The notes: generated by a model from the letters alone, not told the origin. 64,000 bases of DNA from an uncultured delta proteobacterium (GCA_963806225.1 CAWDXG010000003.1:64001-128000); one strand, 5' to 3'; counted from the first letter of the stretch, positions 52,875-63,480 are shown. A program made the numbers and translations.

Positions 52875-53240
52875 TCATGGGAAGTCGATCAGCAGGCGGT
52901 AGCGATTTCCGTCGAGCTCGAGGACGCCGAGGTCGGCGAGCTCGCGGAGGTAGCGCTGCACGTCGGCGACGGTGGCGCCGCTCTTTTCCACGTAGTCCAG
53001 GTACGACGCGAGCGTGGCCAGGTCGCCCAGCTCGCCTTCACGTTCGTCGCCGTAGCGGGTGACGGCGGCGAGGACGAGGTCGCGCTCGCTGGGGCGCGCC
53101 GAACGGCCGAGCTCGCGCGCGGCCTTGTCGAGCGCGTAGCGCGTGATGCCGAAGCGCTCGCACGCCTCGCGCAGCGTGATGCCGGGAAATGCCGCAAAGC
53201 GCAGAGCCCGCTCGGCGCGCTCGGGTTCGTACTTCGCCAT
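52875..53240 (-). CDS. Small putative DNA-binding protein (N-terminal HTH plus C-terminal winged-helix-like)
   Basis: ITLREACERFGITRYALDKAAREL fits an HTH pattern; ATVADVQRYLRELADLGVLELDGNRYRL fits a recognition helix plus wing. Confidence 0.6.
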   Translation of the reverse strand: MAKYEPERAERALRFAAFPGITLREACERFGITRYALDKAARELGRSARPSERDLVLAAVTRYGDEREGELGDLATLASYLDYVEKSGATVADVQRYLRELADLGVLELDGNRYRLLIDFP

Positions 53241-53251
53241 GTCCGGCGCGC

Positions 53252-53581
53252 CTACCAGCCGCAGACGGCCTGGGCCTGCGCGACGTTCGGATCGGCGCCT
53301 GCGTCGGGACTGTATGCGCAGTATTCCGGATCGAACGGGACGGTCTTCGTCGAGGCGTCGTTGACGTTGCAGCTGCAGCCGCCATCCGCCTGGCAGTCGA
53401 AGCGGCGGGAGGCTCCTACGCAGTCAGCGATGATCCTGCACTGGCCCGACGTGCCGGTGTATCCGTGCGCGACCAGCTTGCACTGCCCGCTCGCGCCGCC
53501 GCTGCCACCGCTGCTGCACGCGGCAGCCAGCGCCAGCGCCAGGGCGACGCCCGATACGAGCCACAGTCGATGCCCAGCCAT
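53252..53581 (-). CDS. Small Cys-rich lipoprotein
   Basis: Lipobox AAAC, Gly/Ser linker, eight further Cys, C-terminal CGW. Confidence 0.7.
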   Translation of the reverse strand: MAGHRLWLVSGVALALALAAACSSGGSGGASGQCKLVAHGYTGTSGQCRIIADCVGASRRFDCQADGGCSCNVNDASTKTVPFDPEYCAYSPDAGADPNVAQAQAVCGW

Positions 53582-53636
53582 CGTGCGGAGCGTATCACTC
53601 CCGCAATGCCCGCGTCCCGCTTGCGCGCCGGCGCGC

Positions 53637-53954
53637 CTATCCCCGCTCGACGTGAAAGCGCGGCGGCTCGATGCGCTCGCTCCTGCACTTCGGGCAGCGG
53701 CTGGGTGCCGCCAGGCGATCGCGCTTCCTGAACGCAAAGCCACAGGGAACACAGCGGGCGGGCTCCACAACGAGCTCGGCGCCCTCGCGCGGCAGCGAGC
53801 GGGCGAGGTGCTCGAGGTGCTGGGCGACCTCCCGCTCGCGGATCGACACCTCGGCGGACAGCTCGCGGGCGGTCCAGGTGTCGCGCTCGAGCGCCGCGCG
53901 GAGCGACTGGCGCACGGTCTCGCCGCGCTCGGGCGGTTCGTCGTCGGCGGTCAC
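53637..53954 (-). CDS. HTH plus Zn-ribbon transcriptional regulator (COG3357-like)
   Basis: TARELSAEVSIREREVAQHLEHLARS, then PARCVPCGFAF...PSRCPKCRSERIEPPRF; GTG start overlaps the upstream TGA. Confidence 0.85.
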   Translation of the reverse strand: MTADDEPPERGETVRQSLRAALERDTWTARELSAEVSIREREVAQHLEHLARSLPREGAELVVEPARCVPCGFAFRKRDRLAAPSRCPKCRSERIEPPRFHVERG

Positions 53955-54802
53955 GCCGAAACGACGGGCAGCTGGCGGCGGTCGAGCCGCGTGCGGGTGA
54001 CGCGCATGCGCCAGTCGACGCCCACTACGTCGCCTTGTTCCAGCGGCTCCCAGATGTTCTCGCCGCTGAGCGGCTCGCTCGACAGGATCAGGTGGTTGAC
54101 GAAGCCGGTTTTCGACGGCGCCTCGCACTCGGGCGAGAGGCTCGCGCAGGTGTCGCGGTCGGAGCAGCGCGTCTTGTAGGTGGACCAGAACAGCTCCTTG
54201 CCTCCATGCGCCGCGACCAGCGTGTCACCGTCGGTCACCATCACCGTCAAGAGCGACTCCTTGCCCGGCTCGTCGCAAACGTCGCGCACGCGATCCAGCG
54301 CGGCTCCGAGCGCGGCGGTCACGTCCTCCACTGCGTGACGGCGCGAGAGCGGCCCATAGCCCGAAAGGTGGCTCAGGAAGACGAAGAAGACGACCTCGCT
54401 GTCGGTGTCGCCCAGGATGAAGCGCCTGAGGCGCGGCGCGACCTCGCGCAGCAGCGCATCGCGATGGCGGGCGAAATCGGGGATGTCGCCGTTGTGCGCG
54501 AAGGCCCAGCGTCCGTACTGGAACGGGTGGCAGTTGAGGACCGTCTTTTCGCCCTGCGTGGCCCGCCGCACGTGCGCCAGCACTGTCTCGCTGGAGACCA
54601 CGCCGCTCAAGCGGTGGAAGAGCTGATCGCCGAGCGCGGTCTCGGGGCTGCGCGTGATGTGCGGCGAGCCGTCGACGTAGTACGCCACGCCCCAGCCGTC
54701 CGGATGGTCGTTGCTCTGCACGCCCAGCGCGTTGTCTGCCGCCAGGAGAGAGCTGTGCACCTGGCTCGGGATGACGCTGCGGAAGCCGAAGAGGCGGCAC
54801 AT
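53951..54802 (-). CDS. Class II (Ntn) glutamine amidotransferase, YafJ/EgtC-like
   Basis: N-terminal M-CRLFG nucleophile, HPDGWG, AHVRRAT, NCHPF, FAHNG, GDTDSE, SSEPL. Confidence 0.92.
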   Translation of the reverse strand: MCRLFGFRSVIPSQVHSSLLAADNALGVQSNDHPDGWGVAYYVDGSPHITRSPETALGDQLFHRLSGVVSSETVLAHVRRATQGEKTVLNCHPFQYGRWAFAHNGDIPDFARHRDALLREVAPRLRRFILGDTDSEVVFFVFLSHLSGYGPLSRRHAVEDVTAALGAALDRVRDVCDEPGKESLLTVMVTDGDTLVAAHGGKELFWSTYKTRCSDRDTCASLSPECEAPSKTGFVNHLILSSEPLSGENIWEPLEQGDVVGVDWRMRVTRTRLDRRQLPVVSA

Positions 54803-54984
54803 CGTGTGCGGCGAGCATGCCACAGCGGCCGATCGCGGGCTATCCGGGCCAGATCCCGGCTTGCGGCGCCCGGCGGCGGGCTCCACGCTCCAATCTGCCC
54901 CCACGCCGGCCGTAACTCCCGCGGCGCCGCGGCCATATGCCCTGGAGCACCCCTTGCTTGTTCCGACCGCAGAAGGAGAGCCCC

Positions 54985-55698
54985 TTGACCGATGATTTCA
55001 AGCGAGAACTGGACCGGCTGATCGCCCGCCGCCGCTTCATGAAGCAGGCCGGTGCCGGCGCAGCCGTCGTCGCCTTCGCCGGCGCGCTGTGGATCGTGTC
55101 GGACGAGCTCACGGCCACGGCCCGCGCGGAAACGCGCTCCGACGGTCGCCCGCGCCTGCCGCCCGGCCAGCACGTGATCAGCAGGCTCAAACCGATGGGG
55201 GGCGACGTGGGCGACCCGAACCCGGCTCACTTCCGCCTTCGCGTGCACGGCGAGGTCCATCATCCCATGACGCTCGACTTCCACCAGCTGCTCGCGCTGC
55301 CCAGGGTGGAGCAGAGCGCGGACGTGCACTGCGTGACGCGCTGGACGGCGCTCGGCATCCGCTGGACCGGCGTGAGGCTGAGCGAGATCGCCAAGCGCGC
55401 GAAGATCACCAAGCGCGCCCGCCACGTCATCTTCGAGGCGGCGCACGGCTACACCTCGAACATCCCGATCCACGAGGCGCTGAAGCCGAACGTGATAGTG
55501 GCGTATCGCATCGATGGTCACGCGATGCCGCGGGCGCACGGCTCGCCGGTCAGGGCCGTGGTGCCGGATCGCTATTTCTGGAAGAGCGCCAAGTGGCTCA
55601 CCGGCATCAAGTTCACCGAACGTGACGAGCCGGGGTACTGGGAGCGCCGCGGCTACGACAACAACGCCGACCCCTGGCTCGAGCAGCGGACGAGCTAG
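54985..55698 (+). CDS. Tat-exported sulfite-oxidase-family molybdoenzyme (MsrP/YuiH-like)
   Basis: RRRFMK Tat motif, RLPPGQ, DVHCVTRW (Mo-ligand Cys), HGSPVRAVVP, WKSAKWL, GYWERRGY; AAGGAG before TTG 54985. Confidence 0.9.
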   Translation: MTDDFKRELDRLIARRRFMKQAGAGAAVVAFAGALWIVSDELTATARAETRSDGRPRLPPGQHVISRLKPMGGDVGDPNPAHFRLRVHGEVHHPMTLDFHQLLALPRVEQSADVHCVTRWTALGIRWTGVRLSEIAKRAKITKRARHVIFEAAHGYTSNIPIHEALKPNVIVAYRIDGHAMPRAHGSPVRAVVPDRYFWKSAKWLTGIKFTERDEPGYWERRGYDNNADPWLEQRTS

Positions 55699-56343
55699 AT
55701 GGCGAGCGACGCCCGCCTGCAGGAAAGCGGAGAGATGAACGACGAGACACCGGAGGTGGTCGCGGACGCCGCGCCACGGCGCCGACGCTTCAAGCCCAGG
55801 CCCTGGATACGCGCCATCCACCGCGACTTCGGCTACTTCGTTGTCGGGCTCACGATCATCTACGCGGTGAGCGGGCTGGCCGTGAACCACATCAAGGACT
55901 GGGATCCCAACTTCAAGCAGATCAACGCAACGCACCACGTCGCCGGGCCGTTCCCCAAAGACGACCACGCCGCCGCCGCCAAGGTGCTCGCGGCGCTCGG
56001 CGTGACGAAGAAGCCCCAGGACGTGTACCGCGCCGACGCGCACGAGCTCGATATCGTGTTCGACAAGCGCACCTTCCACGCCGACACCACCAACGGCACC
56101 GTGGTGGAGGAAGGGCAGAAGCCGCGTTTCTTCATCCGGGTCGCCGACTGGCTCCACGAGAACCGCGGCAAGCGGGCGTGGACCTACGTCGCCGACACGT
56201 ATGCGGTGCTGCTGCTGTACCTGGCGCTCTCCGGGCTGTTCATGATCCCGGGGAGAAAGGGCCTGAAAGGCCGCGGCGCGATCATCGCTCTGGCCGGCGC
56301 CGCCGTGCCGGTGCTGTACGTGGTGCTGTCCGGCGGGCCGTGA
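55699..56343 (+). CDS. PepSY-associated TM helix protein
   Basis: RAIHRDFGYF...SGLAVNH, WLHENRG, SGLFM pattern. Confidence 0.82.
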   Translation: MASDARLQESGEMNDETPEVVADAAPRRRRFKPRPWIRAIHRDFGYFVVGLTIIYAVSGLAVNHIKDWDPNFKQINATHHVAGPFPKDDHAAAAKVLAALGVTKKPQDVYRADAHELDIVFDKRTFHADTTNGTVVEEGQKPRFFIRVADWLHENRGKRAWTYVADTYAVLLLYLALSGLFMIPGRKGLKGRGAIIALAGAAVPVLYVVLSGGP

Positions 56344-56411
56344 GCGTGTAACGTTTTGCAACGTTTCGTCGGCGCTGGCGCGAGCGGCCGAAGAGCACTA
56401 CAAACCGGCGC

Positions 56412-56762
56412 ATGAACGTGAACGAACTGCTCACTGCCGTGATGGGCAGTCTGCTCTTCTACATGGTCGTGATGCGCATACTGGCCGCTCGCAACCGCAT
56501 CAACGGGACCGAGGCGCGTGCGCTGGTCGCCGACGGCGCAATGCTGCTCGACGTGCGCACGAACGGCGAGTTCTCGTCCGGGCACATCGACGGCGCCAAG
56601 AACGTGCCGCTGCACGAGCTCGGCTCCCGCCTCGACAGGCTGTCGAAGAAGAAGCCCGTGGTCGTCTACTGCCGCAGCGGAGCCCGCTCGGCCCGCGCGG
56701 CGAGGATGCTGCAGAAGGCGGGGTACACGGTGCACGACCTCGGCCCGCTGCACGCCTGGTAG
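56412..56762 (+). CDS. Rhodanese-like domain protein
   Basis: LLDVRTNGEFSSGHIDGAKNVPL and VYCRSGARS. Confidence 0.93.
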   Translation: MNVNELLTAVMGSLLFYMVVMRILAARNRINGTEARALVADGAMLLDVRTNGEFSSGHIDGAKNVPLHELGSRLDRLSKKKPVVVYCRSGARSARAARMLQKAGYTVHDLGPLHAW

Positions 56763-56785
56763 TCAGGGTGCGCTAGACTCGGCGC

Positions 56786-58204
56786 ATGCGTTCCGCGGCG
56801 CTGGTTCTTCTGCTGCTGACCGGCTGCGCCGCGCCTTCCGCGGCGCCCGCTCCGCGCGGAGCTCCTCCTGCCCCGCCGCCGCCCCCGGCATCCGCGTCCG
56901 CTCTCCCGGTCGCGAGCGCTCCCGCACCGGCTCCCGCTCCCCTCGCCTTCATCGAGGACGACATCCCGGGAGCGACGAAGCAGGCGAAGGCCGCGCACAA
57001 GGCGTTGTTCATCGATGCCTGGGCGGTGTGGTGCCACACCTGCTCGAGCATGAAGCACACCGTGCTGGACAATCCGGCGCTGGCACCGCTCTCGAAGCGC
57101 GTGGTGTTCGCGTCGGTCGACACCGACCGCCCTGGGAACGCCGCCTTCCTCGACAAGTATGCGGTCACGGTGTGGCCAACGTTCTTCATGGTCGATCCCG
57201 ACAGCGGCACGCTGCTCGGCTACTGGCCGGGGGCGGCCTCCCTGCGCGAGCTCAGCGGCTTCGTGAAGGGCTCGCTCGACGCACTCGACCGGCTGGAAGC
57301 GAAGAAGCTCGCGCCGGATTCGCCTCTCGCGCGACTGCTCGCGGCCAAGGACGCGCAGGCGTCGCACGACTACGCCGTCGCCGCCAAGCGCTACGCCGCA
57401 CTGATCGCCGCCGCGCCGGCGGACTGGTCGCGACGGAGCGAAGCGCTGCTCGGCTGGATGCAGTCGCTGTTCCAGTCGGACGGCGCAACGAAATGCGCGC
57501 GTACGGGCGTGAAGCACCTGTCCGAGGTCTCGGGCGCGGCGATGCCGGCGGACTACTGCTTCTACACGCTGGCGTGCATCGCGCACGTGCACGGGGCGGA
57601 GCAGGAGAAGCTGCGTCAGGCGGTGGTGCAGCGGTTGCGCGAGCTCACGTCCCATCCGCCGCAGGGCGCCTCGGCGGACGACCGCGCCGACGCGCTCGGC
57701 ATCCTGGCCGACGCGCTCGTGGCATCCGGCGACCGCAAGGGTGCGGGCGAGACCAGCCAGAAGCGTCTAGCCATCCTGGAGACGGCAGCCGCGGCCGCAC
57801 CGACGCCGGAAGCCGCCTCCACCTACGACGATGGACGCGCCGCAGCCTACGTTGCGCTCGGCCGCGCGGATGAAGCCATCGCGATGCTGGAGAAGCGCGA
57901 AAAGCAGCTCCCCGACTCGTTCGAACCACCCGCGCGGCTGGCCTCGGTGCTCTCCGATCTGAAACGCTGGAAGCCGGCTCTCGCCGCGATCGACCGCGCG
58001 CTCGGACACGCCTACGGCCCGCGCGCGCTGCGCTACCTCGCGCTCAAGGCGCGCATCCAGCTCGCGCTCGGCGACCACAAGGGCCGGCTGGCCACGCTCG
58101 AAACCGAAGTGAAGGGATACAAGGCTCTGGCACGCGGGCAGTCGAACGCCGCGCGCCTGCACGACGCCGAGCGGCGCCTTCACGAAGCACGGGCCGGCAG
58201 ATGA
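56786..58204 (+). CDS. Lipoprotein with a thioredoxin-like domain and TPR-like C-terminus
   Basis: Lipobox LTGC, Pro/Ala linker, WAVWCHTC, WPTF, helical repeats. Confidence 0.85.
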   Translation: MRSAALVLLLLTGCAAPSAAPAPRGAPPAPPPPPASASALPVASAPAPAPAPLAFIEDDIPGATKQAKAAHKALFIDAWAVWCHTCSSMKHTVLDNPALAPLSKRVVFASVDTDRPGNAAFLDKYAVTVWPTFFMVDPDSGTLLGYWPGAASLRELSGFVKGSLDALDRLEAKKLAPDSPLARLLAAKDAQASHDYAVAAKRYAALIAAAPADWSRRSEALLGWMQSLFQSDGATKCARTGVKHLSEVSGAAMPADYCFYTLACIAHVHGAEQEKLRQAVVQRLRELTSHPPQGASADDRADALGILADALVASGDRKGAGETSQKRLAILETAAAAAPTPEAASTYDDGRAAAYVALGRADEAIAMLEKREKQLPDSFEPPARLASVLSDLKRWKPALAAIDRALGHAYGPRALRYLALKARIQLALGDHKGRLATLETEVKGYKALARGQSNAARLHDAERRLHEARAGR

Positions 58205-58251
58205 GGCGCCCGCCCTGTCCGGAAACCTAGAGGAAAAGAAAACCGGGCTGA

Positions 58252-59502
58252 CTAGCGTTCGCTCATCAGCGCGCGGGCGATCTGGGAGATCTGGATCTCG
58301 TCGGTGCCGCCGTAGATCTGCAGCACCTTGGCGTCGCGGCAGAGCTGTTCCACCTGGTATTCCGCCATGTAGCCGTTGCCGCCGAACAGCTGCACCGCTT
58401 CGAGCGCGACCTCCATGGCGGACTGCGCGCAGTACAGCTTGCAGGCGCTGGCCTCGGCCAGGTTCATCTTCTTGCCTGCGCCGGCCAGCTCGATCTGCCG
58501 GAAGATGATGTTCTGGATGTTGGTTCGCGCCACTTCCATCTTCGCCAGCTTGAGCTGGATGAGCTGGAACTCGCCGATGGGGCGGCCGAACTGCACGCGC
58601 GTCTTCGCGTACTCCAGGCTCAGATCGAGGCACTGCGACACGATGCCGAGCGCCATGGCCGCCACGCCGGTGCGCTCCTGCGTGAACGTGTCCTTGACAC
58701 CCGAGCGGTAGCTCCGCTCTTCCGTCTCGCCGAGCAGGCGTTCTCTGTCGACGAACACGTCATCGAGGAAGAGTTCGCCGGTGGGAGACCCGTGCAGGCC
58801 CATCTTCTCGAGTGGCTTGGACTGCGTCAGACCCTTCGTGCCCTTGTCCAGCACGAACGAGAGCACCTTGCGCTCGCGCGGGTCGTTCTCCTCGTCGAGC
58901 TTGCAGATGAAGACCAGCGTGTCGGCGTACGGGCCGTTGGTGATGAAGGTCTTGTTGCCGTTCAGGACGTAGCCGCCGTCCTTGCGGCGCGCGCTGGCCT
59001 TCATCGAGCCGAAGGCGTCCGAGCCCGAGGACGGCTCGGTAATGGCCCAGGCGCCGATCTTGTCGAGCGTGAGCAGATCGAGCCCCCAGCGTTCCTTCTG
59101 CCGCACGGTGCCGCGGCTCATGATGGTACCGGCGGTGAGGCCCACGCTCACGCCCATCGCCGTGACCATGCCCGGGCTGTAGCGCGACAGCTCGATCACC
59201 GGGAGCATGCGCATGGCCATCGCCTCGCCGGCCATCGGGTCCGGGCCTTCCTTCTTCTTCTCGGCCGGCGGCTCCTCGCCCTTTGCCAGCGCTGCCTCGC
59301 GCTTCTTGTCGCGGGCGATCTGCGCCTCGAACTGGGCCTGGGCCATGTCGCGCATGCCGAAGGTCGCGAACAGCTTGCGCATCACGTCGTAGGGCGGCGT
59401 ATCGCCGTGCTCGATGTCCTTGATCTTCGGCTTGACTTCAGCGTCGACGAAACGCCGGACCATCTCGCGAATCGCCTTGTGCTGCTCGCTCCATTCGATC
59501 AT
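58252..59502 (-). CDS. Acyl-CoA dehydrogenase
   Basis: AITEPSSGSD, LNGNKTFITNG, KMGLHGSPT, RVQFGRPIGEFQ, GGNGY, IYGGTDEIQ. Confidence 0.95.
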   Translation of the reverse strand: MIEWSEQHKAIREMVRRFVDAEVKPKIKDIEHGDTPPYDVMRKLFATFGMRDMAQAQFEAQIARDKKREAALAKGEEPPAEKKKEGPDPMAGEAMAMRMLPVIELSRYSPGMVTAMGVSVGLTAGTIMSRGTVRQKERWGLDLLTLDKIGAWAITEPSSGSDAFGSMKASARRKDGGYVLNGNKTFITNGPYADTLVFICKLDEENDPRERKVLSFVLDKGTKGLTQSKPLEKMGLHGSPTGELFLDDVFVDRERLLGETEERSYRSGVKDTFTQERTGVAAMALGIVSQCLDLSLEYAKTRVQFGRPIGEFQLIQLKLAKMEVARTNIQNIIFRQIELAGAGKKMNLAEASACKLYCAQSAMEVALEAVQLFGGNGYMAEYQVEQLCRDAKVLQIYGGTDEIQISQIARALMSER

Positions 59503-59613
59503 CGCGCCATCCTAGCCGCTCGCCCGGCCTCCATACAACGGCTGGCTGTGGCGCTTCGACTCCCGCCGGGCGCCGCTTCCGTGCCGTGCGCCGGGGGGGT
59601 ATCGTGCGCGGCG

Positions 59614-60825
59614 ATGGCAGACGACGCGAAGCACGAGTCGGCCGGGCTCCAGGCGTTCCGGCGCGAGGTCCAGGACTGGATCCGGAACAACAAGCCCGAC
59701 AAGCCGGCATTCAAACTGCCGCAGAGCTTCCTCGAAGTTGAAAGCAGGGAGCAGTTCAACTACCTGCGCGACTGGCAGCGGAAGGTCTATGACGCGGGCT
59801 ACCTCGGCTTCGACGTGCCGGAGGAATACGGCGGTCGCGGCGTCGACCGCGATCGCCAGCGCATCGTGACGCAGGAGCTCATCAAGGCGCGCGCGCCCTT
59901 CTTCGTAAACTTCATCGGGCTGAACTGGGCGGGCCCGGTGATCCTCGCCTATGGCACCGAGGAACAGAAGAAGCGCCTGCTCGGGCCGCTGCTCAGCGCC
60001 GACGAGATCTGGTGCCAGGGTTTCAGCGAGCCTGGCTCGGGGTCGGATCTGGCCAGCCTCACGACCCGGGCGGTGCACACGGCCGACGGCTACGAGGTCA
60101 CGGGGCACAAGGTCTGGACCACGCTCGCGCACGTCGCAAAGTGGATGATCCTGCTCGCGCGCACCGATCCGGATGCCAACAAGTACGCCGGGCTGTCGTT
60201 CTTCCTGTTCCCCATGGACGCGCCGGGGGTCAGCGTGCAGCCCCTCGTCAAGATGACCGGCGAAGGCGGCTTCAACCAGGTGATCTTCGACGCCGCACCG
60301 ATGCCGGCCGACGCGCTGCTCGGCGAGGAGGGTCAGGGCTGGCAGGTCGCGATGACGACGCTGATGTTCGAGCGCGGGGCGGCGGGCGACACCGGGCGCG
60401 AGCGCGCCGCCGGCTTCATCGAGCAGATCAAGCGTCTGGTGACGGTCGCCGGAACGCGGCGAGACGGCGCTCCGGCGCTGGCGGATCCGGTCTTCCGCGA
60501 TCGCATCGCCGCGCTGTGGGTGGAAGCGCAGGCCATGGCGCTGGGCGCCTCGCGCCCGGAGGAGCTGTCCGCACAGCGGCCCCTGGCTCTGCCACTGATG
60601 AGCAAGCTCTGCGCCTCGGAGTGGAACCAGCGACTGGCCGAGCTCGCTTGCGAGATGCTCGGCGCGGACGCCGCGCTGTGGCTGGGCGATCCAGACGCTC
60701 CGTTCGATGCGGAGTGGCCGCGCGCGTACATGAACTCGTTCGGCATGACCATCGGCGGCGGCACCAGCGAAATCCTGCGGAACGTGATCGGCGAGCGCGT
60801 GCTCGGCCTACCCAAGAGCAAGTGA
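59614..60825 (+). CDS. Acyl-CoA dehydrogenase (alpha-type subunit of a probable heteromeric pair)
   Basis: WCQGFSEPGSGSDLASL, GHKVWTT, FNQVIF, GQGWQVAMTTLMFER, IGGGTSEILRNVIGERVLGLP. Confidence 0.93.
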   Translation: MADDAKHESAGLQAFRREVQDWIRNNKPDKPAFKLPQSFLEVESREQFNYLRDWQRKVYDAGYLGFDVPEEYGGRGVDRDRQRIVTQELIKARAPFFVNFIGLNWAGPVILAYGTEEQKKRLLGPLLSADEIWCQGFSEPGSGSDLASLTTRAVHTADGYEVTGHKVWTTLAHVAKWMILLARTDPDANKYAGLSFFLFPMDAPGVSVQPLVKMTGEGGFNQVIFDAAPMPADALLGEEGQGWQVAMTTLMFERGAAGDTGRERAAGFIEQIKRLVTVAGTRRDGAPALADPVFRDRIAALWVEAQAMALGASRPEELSAQRPLALPLMSKLCASEWNQRLAELACEMLGADAALWLGDPDAPFDAEWPRAYMNSFGMTIGGGTSEILRNVIGERVLGLPKSK

Positions 60826-60826
60826 C

Positions 60827-62008
60827 ATGCCGGCGTTGACGAAAACGATGGACCATTCCGACGTGAAATTGCCCGGCGTCGACGCGGGGCTCGGCTACAC
60901 CGGGGACCACGGGCTGCTCGTGGAGTCGGCGCGGCGCTTCCTCGGCGAGCGCTGCCCGCCGAGCGAGGTGCGACGCCGGGTGGACGAGGGAGCGGATCAC
61001 GACCCTGCGCTGTGGAAGGAGATCGCGGAGCTGGGCTGGGTCGGCCTGTGCAGCGCGGAGGAGCACGGCGGCGCCGGCCTCGATCTCCTGCACCTCTGCC
61101 TGTTGCTGGAGGAGATGGGGCGTGCGCTCCTCCCCTCGCCCTTCCTCGGCTCGATGCTCGCACTCGCCGCGCTGGAGCACGCGGGCAGCCGCGAACAGCT
61201 AGAGCGGCACGTTCCGGCAATCCTCTCCGGCGAGCGTGTCGCGACACTGGCCTTCTCCGAGCCGGGCGGCTCCTGGGAGCCCGAGCACGTGGAAGCGCGG
61301 TCGGAACTGTCGAATGGCGGCGTCGTGCTCAGCGGAAACAAGACCCACGTGCCGGCGGGAGCCAGCGCAGATCTCGTCATCGTCCCGTGCCTCGACCCGG
61401 ACGGCAGCATCGCCCTTTTCGCGGTGGAGTTGCCCGCCGAGCGGCTGGCGGTGCACCGCGAGGTGTGCGTGGACCGCACGCGTCCCACGGCTCGGCTTTC
61501 GCTCGACCGCGTGCCCGTGCCCCACGAGGCGCGGCTCGAGGGCGACGGGCTCGCCGCGCTCAGGGCGGCCTTCTGCCGCGGCTACGTGCTGCTCGCCAGC
61601 GAGATGGTCGGCGCTGCCGAAGCCGTGCTCGGCCTCACGCGCGACTACGCGATCGAGCGGCGCCAGTTCGGCCGCGCCATCGGCTCGTTCCAGGCCGTGA
61701 AGCACCCGATCGTCGACATGATGATCGGCATCGAGCTGTCACGGAACCTGGCTCTCGGTGCGGCGGCCGCGTTCGACCAGGATCCCGCGCGCTTCGAGCA
61801 GAGCGCACGGATGGCCAAGGCCATGGCCGGACAGAGCTTCGGGTTCGCCGTCGAGAAGGGCGTCCAGCTCCACGGCGGTTTCGGCTTCACGTGGGACTGC
61901 GACGTGCAGCTCTATTTCAAGCGCGCCTTGTGGTCGCGCGGCACGTTGGGCGACGGAGCCCATCACCGGAGACACCTGGCGCGCATGCTGCTGGATCAGC
62001 CCGGCTGA
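60827..62008 (+). CDS. Acyl-CoA dehydrogenase (beta-type subunit of a probable heteromeric pair)
   Basis: LEEMGRALLPSPF, RRQFGRAIGSFQAVKH, QLHGGFGFTWD; adjacent to the previous ACAD. Confidence 0.92.
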   Translation: MPALTKTMDHSDVKLPGVDAGLGYTGDHGLLVESARRFLGERCPPSEVRRRVDEGADHDPALWKEIAELGWVGLCSAEEHGGAGLDLLHLCLLLEEMGRALLPSPFLGSMLALAALEHAGSREQLERHVPAILSGERVATLAFSEPGGSWEPEHVEARSELSNGGVVLSGNKTHVPAGASADLVIVPCLDPDGSIALFAVELPAERLAVHREVCVDRTRPTARLSLDRVPVPHEARLEGDGLAALRAAFCRGYVLLASEMVGAAEAVLGLTRDYAIERRQFGRAIGSFQAVKHPIVDMMIGIELSRNLALGAAAAFDQDPARFEQSARMAKAMAGQSFGFAVEKGVQLHGGFGFTWDCDVQLYFKRALWSRGTLGDGAHHRRHLARMLLDQPG

Positions 62009-62529
62009 GACCTGGCACCGACCTCGGCTGCCAGCTCGAACACGTGGCTGTCGTCGGCGCCGATCCCGCGCAGGGCCTCGGCCAGCCTGAGCACGTATTC
62101 GCGATTCGGTCCGCTGGGGCCGTGCGAGCGCAGCACCTGCTCGGCGATCGCCGTCAGGGACGCCGGCCCCAGATAGTTCGGGTTGTCGCCGGTCGCGACG
62201 TAGACCAGCGCGGCGATCCGTTCGCCGGCGGCGCGCACCTCCACCGGATGCCGCTCGTAGCCGCCTTTCTCGCGGTGGTCGAGCTGGGCGAGCACTCGCT
62301 CCCGCTCGGCCCCGGCGACGCGGTACGCCATGCCCCAGCAGCGCGAGCCCGGTTCTGCCACCAGGGTCACGACGCGCCCCGGCGCTCCGGGCACGCCGCG
62401 ATGATCGGTCGAGCCCTGCCAGAAACGGCGCGTCCAGCCTTCGATGTAACCGGCCCGGCGTTCCTCGAAAGCGAACGCCGGGCGCCAGACCAGCGAGCCG
62501 TAGCCGAAGATCCACAGGTCCTCGCCCAT
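61996..62529 (-). CDS. chaC: ChaC-family gamma-glutamylcyclotransferase
   Basis: [47 protein letters not shown]. Confidence 0.93.
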   Translation of the reverse strand: MGEDLWIFGYGSLVWRPAFAFEERRAGYIEGWTRRFWQGSTDHRGVPGAPGRVVTLVAEPGSRCWGMAYRVAGAERERVLAQLDHREKGGYERHPVEVRAAGERIAALVYVATGDNPNYLGPASLTAIAEQVLRSHGPSGPNREYVLRLAEALRGIGADDSHVFELAAEVGARSQPG

Positions 62530-62714
62530 ACGCGGTCAACCATAGCGCGGCCTCCGCGCAGGGCTTGCGAGGATCGGCTCCACCTCCGCACCGACGGCTC
62601 GACCGCCCCACGCACGGGTTCGCGCAGCCCGGCGTATTGCCCGCAGATTCTGCGCATGTAGCGGGCGCGTTTCCCGATGAAACGTGCGGCACGAAGCGTG
62701 CAACCCGGCGGGCG

Positions 62715-63452
<738 letters not shown>

Positions 63453-63480
63453 CGGCCGCGTTGTCGCGGGGAGTGTGCGC

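Noticed and set aside
50596..53062. Repeat proteins (RAARCGRRGAGGAV)n, (HITGYVPHFVASTASQPAHGDISG)n or (RDVAVGGLRRGRGDEMGDITGYVA)n
   Set aside because: Open in several frames on both strands, no convincing RBS, a 14-bp unit that is not a multiple of three, and 62-bp variants that shift the frame.
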